Below are positions 18,753 through 28,979 of a DNA stretch of 64,000 nucleotides, in pieces. Source of the stretch: Kiritimatiellia bacterium (GTDB lineage Bacteria > Verrucomicrobiota > Kiritimatiellia > RFP12 > JBMNHG01); the NCBI GenBank assembly GCA_050950285.1, contig JBMNHG010000008.1, positions 310,001-374,000 on the forward strand. The letters run 5' to 3'. A model generated the notes under the pieces. That model ran no database searches and was not told where the DNA came from. It was given only the letters and a program-made list of their open reading frames with translations. The position numbers and the translations under genes were made by a program. Within the stretch, counting starts at the first letter, position 1. Every line of letters begins with the position of its first letter.

Positions 18753-19856
18753 CTACGGCTGGGACGGGTGGAGCACGAGAAGGGTGATTTCGGAGGGGAT
18801 GCCGAAGCGGATGGGGAAGCCGGCCCACTGGCCCGTCCCCGGCGAAACGTGGAGCAGGACGCCCTCTTCCGCGTAGAGCCCGCGGACGTGGCCTTCGTTG
18901 AACCGCTTCACAAGACGGTCGAAGCCGAGGATTTGCCCGCCATGGGTGTGCCCGGACAACTGGAGGTCCACGCCGTTCCGGGCCGCCGCGCCGAGGCCGA
19001 CGGGCCGGTGGCGCAGCAGGATGCGCGGGATGTCGGGCGGCACGCCGCGAAAGGCCTCCGCGATGGGGTCGCGGCCCCGCGAGGCGCCGGGAGGGAGGTT
19101 GTGGAAGCTGTCCGAAACGCCGCCGATCGCGATGTTCCCGCCGTCGTGCCCGAGAACGACGGACGCGTCGTCGAGCATGCGGATGCCGTAGCTCTCGAAG
19201 AGCGGGCGCCACTCGTCGTAGCCGGAATAGGTCTCGTGGTTCCCCGTGCATCCGTAGACGCCGTGGCGGGCGCGGAGCCCGGCCAGCGGCGCGAGGATTT
19301 CCCCGCGCAGCCGCGGCGTGCCGTCCACGAAGTCGCCCGTGATGCAGATGGCGTCCGCATCCAGCCCGTTCACCCGCCGGACGATCTTCTCGAAGCGCGC
19401 CGGCCCGTTCGCGACGCTCGCATGCAAATCGGAGAGATGGACGATCCGCCATCCGTCGAAGGCCTTCGGCAGGCCCGGAATCGCGATGTCGTGCCGGCGG
19501 ACGCGCGGGATCCGGTCCCCCTCGAACAGGCAATACGCCGAGACGAGCGCGGCAAGCGCCACGAGAGCCACGGCACGGATCCGCAGGCGCCGGTACGGCG
19601 GGAGCAGGCTCAGCAGGAGGAGGGCGTAGAAAAAGGCCGACCCCCAGCTGATCGCGAAATGCAGGTGGCGCGGCAGCTCCGGCCAGAACAGGCTCCCTCC
19701 AAAGAGACGAAGCCACAACGGCCCCTGGGACAGGACCAGCAGCGCCAGCGCACACGCCAGCCCCCAGGGACGCGGAAGTTTCAGCGGGCGAAGAAACCAC
19801 AGGCACAACCCCCACCATGCCAGTACGGGGGAAAGCTGGAAGACAACCCAAGGCAT
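18753..19856 (-). CDS. Membrane-anchored metallophosphoesterase (YkuE/YaeI-like)
   Basis: N-terminal TM helices; SDLH, TGDFVD, GNHE, SGHTHGGQ. Confidence 0.88.
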   Translation of the reverse strand: MPWVVFQLSPVLAWWGLCLWFLRPLKLPRPWGLACALALLVLSQGPLWLRLFGGSLFWPELPRHLHFAISWGSAFFYALLLLSLLPPYRRLRIRAVALVALAALVSAYCLFEGDRIPRVRRHDIAIPGLPKAFDGWRIVHLSDLHASVANGPARFEKIVRRVNGLDADAICITGDFVDGTPRLRGEILAPLAGLRARHGVYGCTGNHETYSGYDEWRPLFESYGIRMLDDASVVLGHDGGNIAIGGVSDSFHNLPPGASRGRDPIAEAFRGVPPDIPRILLRHRPVGLGAAARNGVDLQLSGHTHGGQILGFDRLVKRFNEGHVRGLYAEEGVLLHVSPGTGQWAGFPIRFGIPSEITLLVLHPSQP

Positions 19857-19920
19857 ATCGCGTTCAACCCTCCTCCCGCTCCCGCGGCGAGGCCGGGGCG
19901 CGGGAGGGACTCCTCCATGG

Positions 19921-22900
19921 CTACTTCACGTCGATCCAGCGTGGCTCGATGTCGCTCGAGACGAGGTCGCCCGAGGCATCGTGGAAGCCGGCGAGAATCG
20001 TCTTCACGCCGCCGCCCTGCGCCTGGAAGGTCACGTCCACCGTGGTCTCGCCCCGGGCGGGGACGACCACGCCGGCCGGGTTGGCGGAGACGCCCTCGGG
20101 CAGGGTGAAGCGCAGTTCGCCCGCGACCTCGGCGTCCGTCGCGTTCACGATGCGGTAGGGAAGCGTGACGGCGCCGTCGACCGTGGCGGGCTTGGCGAGC
20201 ACCGTGTCGCCGAAGAAGACCTTGGCCTCGCGAACGGGTGCGGCGCGCACCTCGATGGCGCGCAGCGCGGTCTGCTCCTTGATCCACGGGATCGTCTCGA
20301 AGAGGCAGCGGTTCACGCCGGTGACCACCAGGCGGACGCGGCCGGTTTCGACGGGGTCGAAGCGGTGGGAGGTGACGGCCGCGTAGTAGTTGCCGCGCAC
20401 GGAGGCGACGTTCTTCCATCCGCCGTCCACCTGCACTTCGATGTCGAAGTCGCGCAGGGTGCGATCCCAGGCGCCGTAGTGGTGGTAGACGGTGACGGAG
20501 CCGATCCGGCTCGTCCCGGGCAGGGCGATTTCGAAGATGTCCGGGAAGATGCCTTCGCCTTCGGGGCCCGCGCCCTCGGGGGGCTCGCTCCAGCAGCCGC
20601 CGATGAACCCCGTCCAGTCGCCGTCGAGAATCGCGGAGGCGTCGGGGCTGCCCGACTCCTTCTCGGGGGCGGACACCACCGTGGCGCCGAGGGCGGAGAG
20701 GGCGAGGTTCGGTTCGACCATCAGGCCGTCGTAGGCCGGATCGAGGGATTCGTTCCCGGCCACCTGGAGATAGACGGGGAAGTTGTCGAAGGTGACCTCG
20801 ACCTTGCCGTCTTCGGGCACGAGCGTCGAACGCGCGCCCATGCAGTCGGTGAGCACGACCTCCTTCGCGTCGGTGGCGACGTGGAGGGTGACGGTGTCGC
20901 CGGCGGTGTAGAGGGCGGCCACGGTGCGGCCGTCGTCGCGGAAGCGCTGGAAGAAGCGGTCGCGGCCGGGCAGCGGGATTTCCTTTTCGAACGGGGCGTC
21001 GCGCAGGCACTCGTTCATCACCTGGAAGGCGACGGCGGAGGGGGTGGGGCCCATGCGGCGCATGAGGAAGAAGTCGTTGTAGCCGTGTTCGGCGGCGTAG
21101 AACACATAGACGTTCTTGCGCGGGATGCCGCAGGCCTCGGCCTGGAGGATCATGTGGACGCCGGTGTGGGCGTGGCTCTCGCGGCGGCCGCCGAAGCGGT
21201 CGTAGGTGTAGTCGTTGTAGCCCCAGCCGCGGTGGCAGGCGCCTTCGGTGATGAAGAGCTCTTGGGCGGGATCGTCGTCGTGGTCGGTGAAGAGCGCCTG
21301 CCAGCCTGCGAGGTTCATGCGGTAAAGGCGCTGGAAGCCGAGGCCCGTGTAGGGATGGAAGGAGATGCCGTCGAAGTAGGAGTCGGCGCCCATCTCGTAC
21401 AGGCGGGCCACCCAGGGCTGCTTCTCGAGGCCGCAGCAGGAGCCTCCGAGGATGTTGAGGTCCGGGCCGCCCTTCTTCATGCCGGTGTAGACGGGCTTGA
21501 GGATGGTGTCGACGTACCGCTCGTGCGGCATCTGGAGGTCGGGCTCGTTCCAGGGCTCCCACCAGAGATACCCGATCTTCTGGGCGGCCGCGCCGTACTC
21601 CCCGTACCATCGGGCCATCACTTCGTCGCGCTTGTCCTTCCAGGCCTTGTCGGGATCGGCGGGGGCGGCATCGCCATCGAGATCGACGGTGTCGTCCGGC
21701 CGGCCCATGGCCTCCATCGGCTTCCCGTAGGTTTCCTTGAAGTAGTTTTCGAGCTGCTGGGCGCCGAGGCCCTCGAGAATCATGACGTGGCGCTTGATGC
21801 TGCCCCGTTCGCAGTAGTCGATGACCTCCCGCTGTTCGGCGAGGTAGTTGTCCCACCGGATGGTCTCGAAGTTGTCGGGGTCGCGGTGGCGCAGCCAGAC
21901 GTTCGACAGGCTGTCGCCGCGACGGATGCCGCGGAAGCCGAGTACGTTGAACCAGTACATCTCGTCGTTCTGGTTCGATGGCGCGGGCTGGTCGAGGAGG
22001 CCGGGGTTTTCGAGGCGGCAGCGGCCGTACTCGAAGGTGAAATAGCGGCGGGCGCTCGGGACGTCGGTGCGGAAGAGCCAGGCCTTGGCGTAGCCGTACC
22101 CGGGCTGTTCCTCCACGGAGGCGATGTCCACCTCGATTTCGAAGGGGACGTCGTCGTCCGCCGTGATCTCGAAGTCTTTGGAGCCTTCGCCCAGCGGGCG
22201 CTGGATGTGGTCGTCCTTCGTCCATTCCAAACGGTAGCGTCCCGCGGGGGCGGGGCCGTCGAAGCGAAGGGTGTAGCGCGCCGGCTCGTCGGCCGGGAAG
22301 ATGGAACCGCGATGGGCGGGAACGGCCGTCGCGGGCGGAATGGCCGCCAGGTTGCCGCCGGTGGCCGCGGAGACGGCCATCGTGAAGGGCTTGGCCGCTT
22401 CCTCCGGGGGCAGGACCGCGATGCCGTTCGGAAGTTCCCCGGCGAGTTCCTGCGGGTATTGGCGGTGGTTGCGGACGAGGTCGACGCCGTCGATGCCATG
22501 CAGTTCGCACCGTGCGCCGTTCGCGCCGACGACGGCGACATCGGGCCAGCAGTTGCCGATGTGCTCGTAGAAGGAGAACATGTGGTAGTAGGCGAAGCGC
22601 GTGGTGGGAAGGGCGTCCTCGACGCCGGTCCTGAGGTTCACCAGGCCCACGGCATCGGCCCCGAGGCCGTAGACAACCGTGAAGAAGCCCTTGGCATTGC
22701 CTTCGGGGACGCCGAGCGGAGAGACGTCGATGGCGTCTTCCTTGAACTGCAGGCGGAAGCCGGGCGTCGCCGGGGCATCGGCGTCGGGTACGTCCGCGAA
22801 CGGATCGTCCGCGTTGGCCAGATCCCCGATGCGGCCGGCGACTTCGCCCTCGCGAAGCTCGATCGCGTCGTCGCCCGCCTTCGCGATTCGCCCGAGGGTC

Positions 22901-23151
22901 ACGCGGTCGTTCCCGCGCGAGACGAAGGTGCGATCGACCAGCACCTTGCCGCCGGAGGAAAGCCGGAGAGAGCCGTCGGCTCCGATTTCCGCCTCGTAGT
23001 TCCGGGCGCGAACCGTCCAAAGCGGCACATCGCCGTCCGCCGCCAAAAGGGGATCGGCTGCTTCCAGGGTTGCCGCGCGCGCGGGACCCGCCATCGCCAC
23101 GACGCCCAGGAGCATCGTCAACATCGAACGGACATGCATTGCGAACCTCAT
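19921..23151 (-). CDS. Large secreted clan GH-A (GH39/GH5-like) glycoside hydrolase with C-terminal F5/8-type C (discoidin)-like domain
   Basis: Signal peptide; WEPWNEPD acid/base, DGISFHPY, FITEG nucleophile context; LRDFDIEV..W..V...FDPVETGRVRLVV discoidin pattern. Confidence 0.65.
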   Translation of the reverse strand: MRFAMHVRSMLTMLLGVVAMAGPARAATLEAADPLLAADGDVPLWTVRARNYEAEIGADGSLRLSSGGKVLVDRTFVSRGNDRVTLGRIAKAGDDAIELREGEVAGRIGDLANADDPFADVPDADAPATPGFRLQFKEDAIDVSPLGVPEGNAKGFFTVVYGLGADAVGLVNLRTGVEDALPTTRFAYYHMFSFYEHIGNCWPDVAVVGANGARCELHGIDGVDLVRNHRQYPQELAGELPNGIAVLPPEEAAKPFTMAVSAATGGNLAAIPPATAVPAHRGSIFPADEPARYTLRFDGPAPAGRYRLEWTKDDHIQRPLGEGSKDFEITADDDVPFEIEVDIASVEEQPGYGYAKAWLFRTDVPSARRYFTFEYGRCRLENPGLLDQPAPSNQNDEMYWFNVLGFRGIRRGDSLSNVWLRHRDPDNFETIRWDNYLAEQREVIDYCERGSIKRHVMILEGLGAQQLENYFKETYGKPMEAMGRPDDTVDLDGDAAPADPDKAWKDKRDEVMARWYGEYGAAAQKIGYLWWEPWNEPDLQMPHERYVDTILKPVYTGMKKGGPDLNILGGSCCGLEKQPWVARLYEMGADSYFDGISFHPYTGLGFQRLYRMNLAGWQALFTDHDDDPAQELFITEGACHRGWGYNDYTYDRFGGRRESHAHTGVHMILQAEACGIPRKNVYVFYAAEHGYNDFFLMRRMGPTPSAVAFQVMNECLRDAPFEKEIPLPGRDRFFQRFRDDGRTVAALYTAGDTVTLHVATDAKEVVLTDCMGARSTLVPEDGKVEVTFDNFPVYLQVAGNESLDPAYDGLMVEPNLALSALGATVVSAPEKESGSPDASAILDGDWTGFIGGCWSEPPEGAGPEGEGIFPDIFEIALPGTSRIGSVTVYHHYGAWDRTLRDFDIEVQVDGGWKNVASVRGNYYAAVTSHRFDPVETGRVRLVVTGVNRCLFETIPWIKEQTALRAIEVRAAPVREAKVFFGDTVLAKPATVDGAVTLPYRIVNATDAEVAGELRFTLPEGVSANPAGVVVPARGETTVDVTFQAQGGGVKTILAGFHDASGDLVSSDIEPRWIDVK

Positions 23152-23297
23152 CTTTCCTTGGGGGCCGAACCTTCGGGGATCCGGCGGAAGGCGCCGGAAG
23201 CCCCTCCACGAACAAACTCCGGCCAGTGTACCGATTCGCCCGTGCGGCGTCCATCCTCATTATTGCGCAAACGTCCCCGGGATGCTACCGTCTTCCC

Positions 23298-24482
23298 ATG
23301 CGCTGGAATCGACTGGCCAACCGTTTTGCATCTCCCGCATGCGGCATGCTCGTGCTCGCCGCAGGCCTTCTCGTGTCCGGATGCCGCGCCCCGTCCATCG
23401 CGCTTTCGCTTCCGGATCCGGAACACATCGATGCCTATGGCGGACTTCGGTTCGACGTTTCCTCCGGCGACTTCCTCGCCCGGGGCGCCGACCTCGCCGA
23501 CCTCGCGGAGCTGGAGATTGTGGGGCGGTCCGTCGTCCTGCCCGTTGTCCCGAGCTTCCGGCATGTCCGCGCCGGGACCCCCGCCCTCGTCGTTGCCGCC
23601 GACCCGGTGCGTCCCCTGTGCGCCACCATCTCCCATGGCGAGGCCGCCACGCGATGGGGCATCGCGGAACGCAAGCCCGGCACGAGGTCGGTATGGAGGC
23701 CCGCCCCAGGCGTCGCCTTCCCCGTTCCCGCCCGGGTGCGCATCGTGCGCAAAGGCGGGTTCGCGGCGGCAGCGGCATTCCCCGCCCTCCGGCATTCCAC
23801 GCGCCGCGAGGACTATCCGGAACTCGACGATGCCGCCTACGCGAACTTTCGCGCCGTCACCGCCCCCCGCATCGCATCGAACCGCCTCTACCGTTCCTCC
23901 AGCCCCCTCGACCCGTCGCTCGGGCGCGCCGGTTTCGCCGATTCCGCCGCCCGCGCCGCCGGCATCCGGACGATCGTGAACATGACGGACCACGCCGAGA
24001 CCGCCGCCGCGTACCCTGGAGCGGCAGGCCGCTACGCCCTTTCCTGCAACACGCTGTACGTCCCGATGGGCGTCGATTTCACCCTCCCCTCGTTCATGGA
24101 CGGCCTGCGCGACGGCATCCGCTTCTTCGCCACCTACGGCCCCCCATGCCTCTTCCACTGCAAGGAGGGCCAGGATCGCACCGGCTTCGCCTGCGCCGTG
24201 ATCGAACTCCTCTGCGGCGCCACCCTCGACGAGGCCCGCCAGGACTACCTCCTGTCCTTCCGCAACACCTGCCAGGTGGAGGAGGCCTCGCCCCTCGCGG
24301 CCTCCCTCGCGCAGGATTTCGACGACAACCTCCGCGCCGCCTTCGGCCTCGACGACCTTCCCTCCGCCGACCTCGCGCAAGCCGCCCGCGACTATCTCCT
24401 GCGCACCGGGCTGGAAGAGCGCGAAATCGACGACTTCCTGCAATGCGTCGGCCCCGATTCCCCCCCCGAAAACCGCCCATGA
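23298..24482 (+). CDS. Lipoprotein tyrosine/cysteine phosphatase (Y_phosphatase3-like), ~394 aa
   Basis: Lipobox LLVSG-C; ANFRAV, LYRSSSP, FHCKEGQDRTG (CX5R). Confidence 0.8.
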   Translation: MRWNRLANRFASPACGMLVLAAGLLVSGCRAPSIALSLPDPEHIDAYGGLRFDVSSGDFLARGADLADLAELEIVGRSVVLPVVPSFRHVRAGTPALVVAADPVRPLCATISHGEAATRWGIAERKPGTRSVWRPAPGVAFPVPARVRIVRKGGFAAAAAFPALRHSTRREDYPELDDAAYANFRAVTAPRIASNRLYRSSSPLDPSLGRAGFADSAARAAGIRTIVNMTDHAETAAAYPGAAGRYALSCNTLYVPMGVDFTLPSFMDGLRDGIRFFATYGPPCLFHCKEGQDRTGFACAVIELLCGATLDEARQDYLLSFRNTCQVEEASPLAASLAQDFDDNLRAAFGLDDLPSADLAQAARDYLLRTGLEEREIDDFLQCVGPDSPPENRP

Positions 24483-25354
24483 ACGACGCGCCCCCTCTTC
24501 TGCGCATCCGCGACCTCCGCACGTGGTACCCCTTGAAAAAGGGGCTGCTCGCGCGCACGGTCGGCCATGTAAAGGCCGTGGACGGCGTCTCCTTCGATCT
24601 CGCGGACGGCGAAGTCCTCGGACTCGTCGGCGAATCCGGCTGCGGGAAGACCACCCTCGCCCGCACCATCCTCCGCCTGGAGAAGCCCCGGTCCGGCACC
24701 GTCGAACTCGACGGCCAAGACATCCTCCCCCTCCGCGGCGCCGCCTTGCGCGACATCCGCCGGCAAATCCAGGTGGTCTTCCAGGATCCGCTCGCCTCGC
24801 TCAACCCCCGCCTCACCGTGCTCGAACTCGTCACCGAAGCCGCGGTCGTCCACGGCCTCGTCCCCCGCGACGGACGCCGCGAGGCCGCCGCGCGCCTGCT
24901 GGCGGACGTCGGAATGGCGCCGGACGCCCTCGACCGCTACCCGCACGCCTTCTCCGGGGGACAGCGCCAGCGCATCTGCATCGCCCGCGCCCTTTCCCTC
25001 CGTCCCCGGCTGCTCCTCTGCGACGAGGCGGTGAGCTCCCTCGACCTCCTGGTCCGCGCCCAGGTCCTGAACCTCCTGATGGAGCTGAAAGAGCGCCACG
25101 GACTCTCCTATCTCTTCATCACGCACGACATCGGCGTGGTCGCCCATCTGGCCGACCGCATCGCCGTGATGCACCGGGGCAGGATCGTCGAGCAAGGCCC
25201 CGCGGAGGAACTCCTCTCCCGCCCACGCCACCCCTACACCCAAAAGCTCCTCTCCGCCGTGTCTCCGGCCCCCGAAGCGCCATCGGAGCCGGAGGCTTCG
25301 GCCCCCGTCGCCCGCAACGCAGGATATTGCCAGAGGGCGCCGGGAGGAATATGA
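24479..25354 (+). CDS. Oligopeptide/dipeptide ABC transporter ATP-binding subunit (OppF/DppF-like)
   Basis: KAVDGVSF, GESGCGKT, FQDP..SLNPR, FSGGQRQR, HPYT..LL. Confidence 0.9.
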   Translation: MNDAPPLLRIRDLRTWYPLKKGLLARTVGHVKAVDGVSFDLADGEVLGLVGESGCGKTTLARTILRLEKPRSGTVELDGQDILPLRGAALRDIRRQIQVVFQDPLASLNPRLTVLELVTEAAVVHGLVPRDGRREAAARLLADVGMAPDALDRYPHAFSGGQRQRICIARALSLRPRLLLCDEAVSSLDLLVRAQVLNLLMELKERHGLSYLFITHDIGVVAHLADRIAVMHRGRIVEQGPAEELLSRPRHPYTQKLLSAVSPAPEAPSEPEASAPVARNAGYCQRAPGGI

Positions 25355-25355
25355 T
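25327..25355 (+). promoter_or_regulatory. Sigma70 promoter for nadA (probably leaderless)
   Basis: TTGCCA-17 bp-TATGAT, with the ATG 6 nt downstream. Confidence 0.55.
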
Positions 25356-25361
25356 GACGCC

Positions 25362-26261
25362 ATGAACACGGTTGACGAAATCCAGGTGTGGAAGCGCAAG
25401 CGCAATGCGGTTCTTCTCGCCCACAACTATACCCTCCCCGAAGTCCAAGATATCGCGGATTTCGTGGGCGACTCCCTCGAGCTCGCCCGGCAGGCCGCGG
25501 AACTCCGCGCCCCCGTGATCGTCTTCTGCGGCGTGCGCTTCATGGCCGAAACCGCAAAAATCCTCTCGCCCGCCTCCATCGTGCTCCACCCCGTCCCCGA
25601 CGCCGGATGCCCCATGGCGGACATGGCGGACGCCGACGCCGTGAAAGCCGCCCGCGCCGCCCACCGCGACGCCCTCGTCGTGGCCTACGTGAACACCACC
25701 GCCGCCACCAAGACCGCCGTCGATGTCTGCTGCACCTCCGGCAACGTCGAGCAGGTCATCTCCTCCCTGCCGAGGGACAAGGAGATCCTCTTCCTGCCGG
25801 ACGCCAACCTCGGCTCGAACGTCGCCAGGAAGCTCGACCGCCCGATGCGCCTCTGGGACGGCTGCTGCCCCATCCACGACCGGATCACCCCCGGACACCT
25901 GCGCGCCGCCCGGGAAGCCCATCCCGGCGCACTCGTGCTCGTCCACCCCGAATGCCGCCCGGAAACCGTGGCCGAAGCGGACGCCTCGCTCAGCACGGGC
26001 GGCATGCTGCAGTTCGCGCGCACGTCGCCGGCGACCGATTTCATCATCGGCACGGAAATCGGCATCCTCCACCGCCTCCGCAAGGAAAACCCCGGAAAAC
26101 GCTTCTTCCCGCTCTCCCCCGGACCGGTCTGCGCCGACATGAAGAAGATCCACCTCGAGGACGTCCTGCAGGTGTTGCGCACCCTCTCGCCCCGCATCGA
26201 ACTGGACGAGGAGACCCTCCGCCTCGCCCGCCAGCCCATCGACCGAATGCTCGCCCTCTAG
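25362..26261 (+). CDS. nadA: Quinolinate synthase
   Basis: LAHNY, GDSL, FCGVRFMAETAK, AGCPMA, CCTS, CPIH, HPEC, C..MK. Confidence 0.96.
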   Translation: MNTVDEIQVWKRKRNAVLLAHNYTLPEVQDIADFVGDSLELARQAAELRAPVIVFCGVRFMAETAKILSPASIVLHPVPDAGCPMADMADADAVKAARAAHRDALVVAYVNTTAATKTAVDVCCTSGNVEQVISSLPRDKEILFLPDANLGSNVARKLDRPMRLWDGCCPIHDRITPGHLRAAREAHPGALVLVHPECRPETVAEADASLSTGGMLQFARTSPATDFIIGTEIGILHRLRKENPGKRFFPLSPGPVCADMKKIHLEDVLQVLRTLSPRIELDEETLRLARQPIDRMLAL

Positions 26262-26274
26262 CCCGGCCGCCCCC

Positions 26275-27978
26275 ATGCCCTCCACTCCCTTTTCCTTCTG
26301 CCTGTCCCCGATGGAACTCGAGGCCGTCGAGCCCGCGAAGGCGCTGGCACGCCTTCTTTCGCGCCTCGACGACGCCCGCGCCCAAGGCGCCTCGCTCGTG
26401 GTCTTCCCCGCCTGTTCGCCCCTGGGGCGCCTCCCCGGCGGCGCGCCGCTCCCCGCCGCCTTCCTCCGTGAAGAGACGGACGCCCGAAGCCGGGCGATCG
26501 CCGCCACCCGCGGCCTGGTCGCGGTCTTCGGAGGCCCGGAGAACCCCGTCGTCGCCGAGGATGGGCGGGAACTCCACGCGACGTCGAACGGCCTCTACGC
26601 CACTTCCCGAGCCGGGCTCCTCGCCGTGGCCACGGGATCGCCCGCGCTCTGGGATGGCGGAATCCCGCCGCCAACCATCCCCGAAGGCGCGCGATTCCTC
26701 GTTGTCCCCGACGCTTCGCCCTTCGCGCGCGGACGCCTCGCGGCACGCGCCCGCCTGCTTTCGACCCTCGCGAAAAACGCGGCATGCCCCATTCTCTCCG
26801 TCAACGCGACCGGCGTCCAGGACCGCGCCAAGGTCGTCGGCGTCTTCGAAGGGACCGCCCTCGCCTTCGATGCCTCCGGCGCACGCCTGCTGCCGCTTCC
26901 GCTCTTCCCGGAGACCGGCGCGACCGTGCGCCTCCCGGCGATCGGCGCACCCTTCGGGACCAGCCGCGACGCCCCCGCGGACGGTACCGCCGAGGTCGTC
27001 GGCGCCCTGCGCCAGGGCCTCTCGCGCTTCCTCCGGCATCTCCGGCTCCATCGCGTGGTGATCGGCATTTCGGGCGGCATCGATTCGGCGGTCTCCACCG
27101 CGCTGTATGGCTCCGTCCTCCCGCCCGAAGACATCCTTCTCGTGGGAATGCCCGGTTCCTTCACCTCCGCCACCACGCTCGGCCTCGGCCGCCGGCTTGC
27201 CGCCAACCTGGGCGCGCGCTACGCGGAAATCCCCATCGGCGACGCCGTGGAACTCACGAGACGCGAGTTCGCCGCGCTCGAAAGCAAAGGCCCCGGCGAC
27301 AACGCCCCCGGCGCCTGGGCGCTCTCGCCCTTCGCCATGGAGAACGTGCAGGCGCGCGACCGCGGAAGCCGCGTCCTCGCGGCCGCCTCGGCCGCCTTCC
27401 GCGGCGTCGTCAGCTGCAACGCGAACAAGGCCGAGTACACCGTAGGCTACGGCACCCTCTACGGCGACCTCCTCGGATGGCTCGCCTGCCTGGGCGACCT
27501 CTGGAAAGGCGACGTTTACGCCGTAGGACACGCCCTCAACGACTCTTTTTACGGGCGCGACCTCATCCCCGAAGGCATCTTCGCCATCCGCCCCTCCGCC
27601 GAACTCAGCGCAAGCCAGTCCGTCGACAAAGGCCTCGGCGACCCGCTCGTCTACCCGTATCACGACAAGCTCTTCCGCTCGTGGGTCGAGGATGGCGCCA
27701 CGCCCGCGGAAACCCTCGATGCCTATCTCGACGGCTCCCTTCCCGAGGCGATCGGCTTTGAAGGCGACCTGCGGGAACTCTTCGCGACCGACCGCGACTT
27801 CATCGCCGATCTCGAACGCTGGTGGACGCTCTTCCGCGGCCTCGCGGTGGCGAAACGCATCCAGGCGCCACCCGTCCTCGCGATGACCCGCCGCCCCTTC
27901 GGCTCCTTTGCCGAAGCACAGGCCTCGCCCCGCTTCCCCCAGGCCTACCTCGCCCGCAAGGCGAAACTTCCCCTGTAG
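26275..27978 (+). CDS. nadE: NAD+ synthetase with degenerate N-terminal nitrilase/glutaminase-like domain
   Basis: GISGGIDSAV, ENVQARDRG, NKAE..GYGTLYGD, PSAEL; follows nadA. Confidence 0.9.
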   Translation: MPSTPFSFCLSPMELEAVEPAKALARLLSRLDDARAQGASLVVFPACSPLGRLPGGAPLPAAFLREETDARSRAIAATRGLVAVFGGPENPVVAEDGRELHATSNGLYATSRAGLLAVATGSPALWDGGIPPPTIPEGARFLVVPDASPFARGRLAARARLLSTLAKNAACPILSVNATGVQDRAKVVGVFEGTALAFDASGARLLPLPLFPETGATVRLPAIGAPFGTSRDAPADGTAEVVGALRQGLSRFLRHLRLHRVVIGISGGIDSAVSTALYGSVLPPEDILLVGMPGSFTSATTLGLGRRLAANLGARYAEIPIGDAVELTRREFAALESKGPGDNAPGAWALSPFAMENVQARDRGSRVLAAASAAFRGVVSCNANKAEYTVGYGTLYGDLLGWLACLGDLWKGDVYAVGHALNDSFYGRDLIPEGIFAIRPSAELSASQSVDKGLGDPLVYPYHDKLFRSWVEDGATPAETLDAYLDGSLPEAIGFEGDLRELFATDRDFIADLERWWTLFRGLAVAKRIQAPPVLAMTRRPFGSFAEAQASPRFPQAYLARKAKLPL

Positions 27979-27986
27979 AACCCGCC

Positions 27987-28979
27987 ATGGACCCCGACAA
28001 ACGATCACGCCCCGCTTCCTCCCGCCCCAACCGCTCCGCAACGGGTGGCGCGCCGGGACGGTCGCGCCCTGCGGCGAAACGCCCCGCCGCCGCGCGCCCC
28101 CTGTCCGCCGAGGCCGCCACGGCGGCAGGCGGCGGCGTCGCGCGCTTCATCGTGAGCCGCGCCGAAGACGGCCTTCCCTTGCAGGACTTCCTCTCCACGA
28201 AGCTCCGCCTTTCAAAACGCCGCGCAAAGGATCTGATGGACGCGCGCGGCGTGTGGGTCAACCGCCAGTGCGTGTGGATGACCCATCACGCCCTCCACGC
28301 GGGCGACGTCGTGGAAGCCCGCGGGATCGTCTCCGCGACACCGGCGCGCCGCCCCCTGCGCGTCGTGCTCGAAACCCCGCACTATCTCGTGGTGGACAAG
28401 CCCACCGGACTCCTCTCCGTGGGCGAAGACAGTGTGGAGGAGCGACTGCGCGCCCAATTGGACGACCCCGCGCTCCGCGCCGTCCACCGCCTCGACCGCG
28501 ACACCACCGGGTGTCTGCTGTTCGCGCGCGGCGACGCCGCCCACGCCGCCATGGTCGAGGTGTTCCGCACCCGCCGCGTGCGGAAGGTCTACAACGCCAT
28601 CGTCGCCGGACGTGTCGTCCAGCGCGTCTCCACCGTGGCCTCGCCCATCGAAGGCGAAGACGCCCGTTCCCACGTCACCACGCTTGCCTCCAGCGACGAC
28701 GCCTCGCTCGTGGCCGTGCGGATCGAAACCGGACGCACCCACCAAATCCGCATCCACATGGCCTCGCGCCGCCATCCCGTCCTGGGCGACCGCGAGCACG
28801 GCATCACCTACACCCACGACCCGCGCCTCCGGTCTGTTCCGCGCACGATGCTCCATGCGGCCGATCTCTCGTTCGACAACCCCATGGCCAGAGGCGAAAT
28901 CAAGGCCCATTGCCCCATGCCCGCCGACTTCCGCCGCTGCCTGGAGATCTTCGGCCTGGGCAAGAAAAAGAAACGGTAG
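27987..28979 (+). CDS. RluA-family pseudouridine synthase with S4 domain
   Basis: VDKPTGL, VHRLDRDTTG, ETGRTHQIRIH, HPVLGD, MLHA. Confidence 0.92.
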   Translation: MDPDKRSRPASSRPNRSATGGAPGRSRPAAKRPAAARPLSAEAATAAGGGVARFIVSRAEDGLPLQDFLSTKLRLSKRRAKDLMDARGVWVNRQCVWMTHHALHAGDVVEARGIVSATPARRPLRVVLETPHYLVVDKPTGLLSVGEDSVEERLRAQLDDPALRAVHRLDRDTTGCLLFARGDAAHAAMVEVFRTRRVRKVYNAIVAGRVVQRVSTVASPIEGEDARSHVTTLASSDDASLVAVRIETGRTHQIRIHMASRRHPVLGDREHGITYTHDPRLRSVPRTMLHAADLSFDNPMARGEIKAHCPMPADFRRCLEIFGLGKKKKR

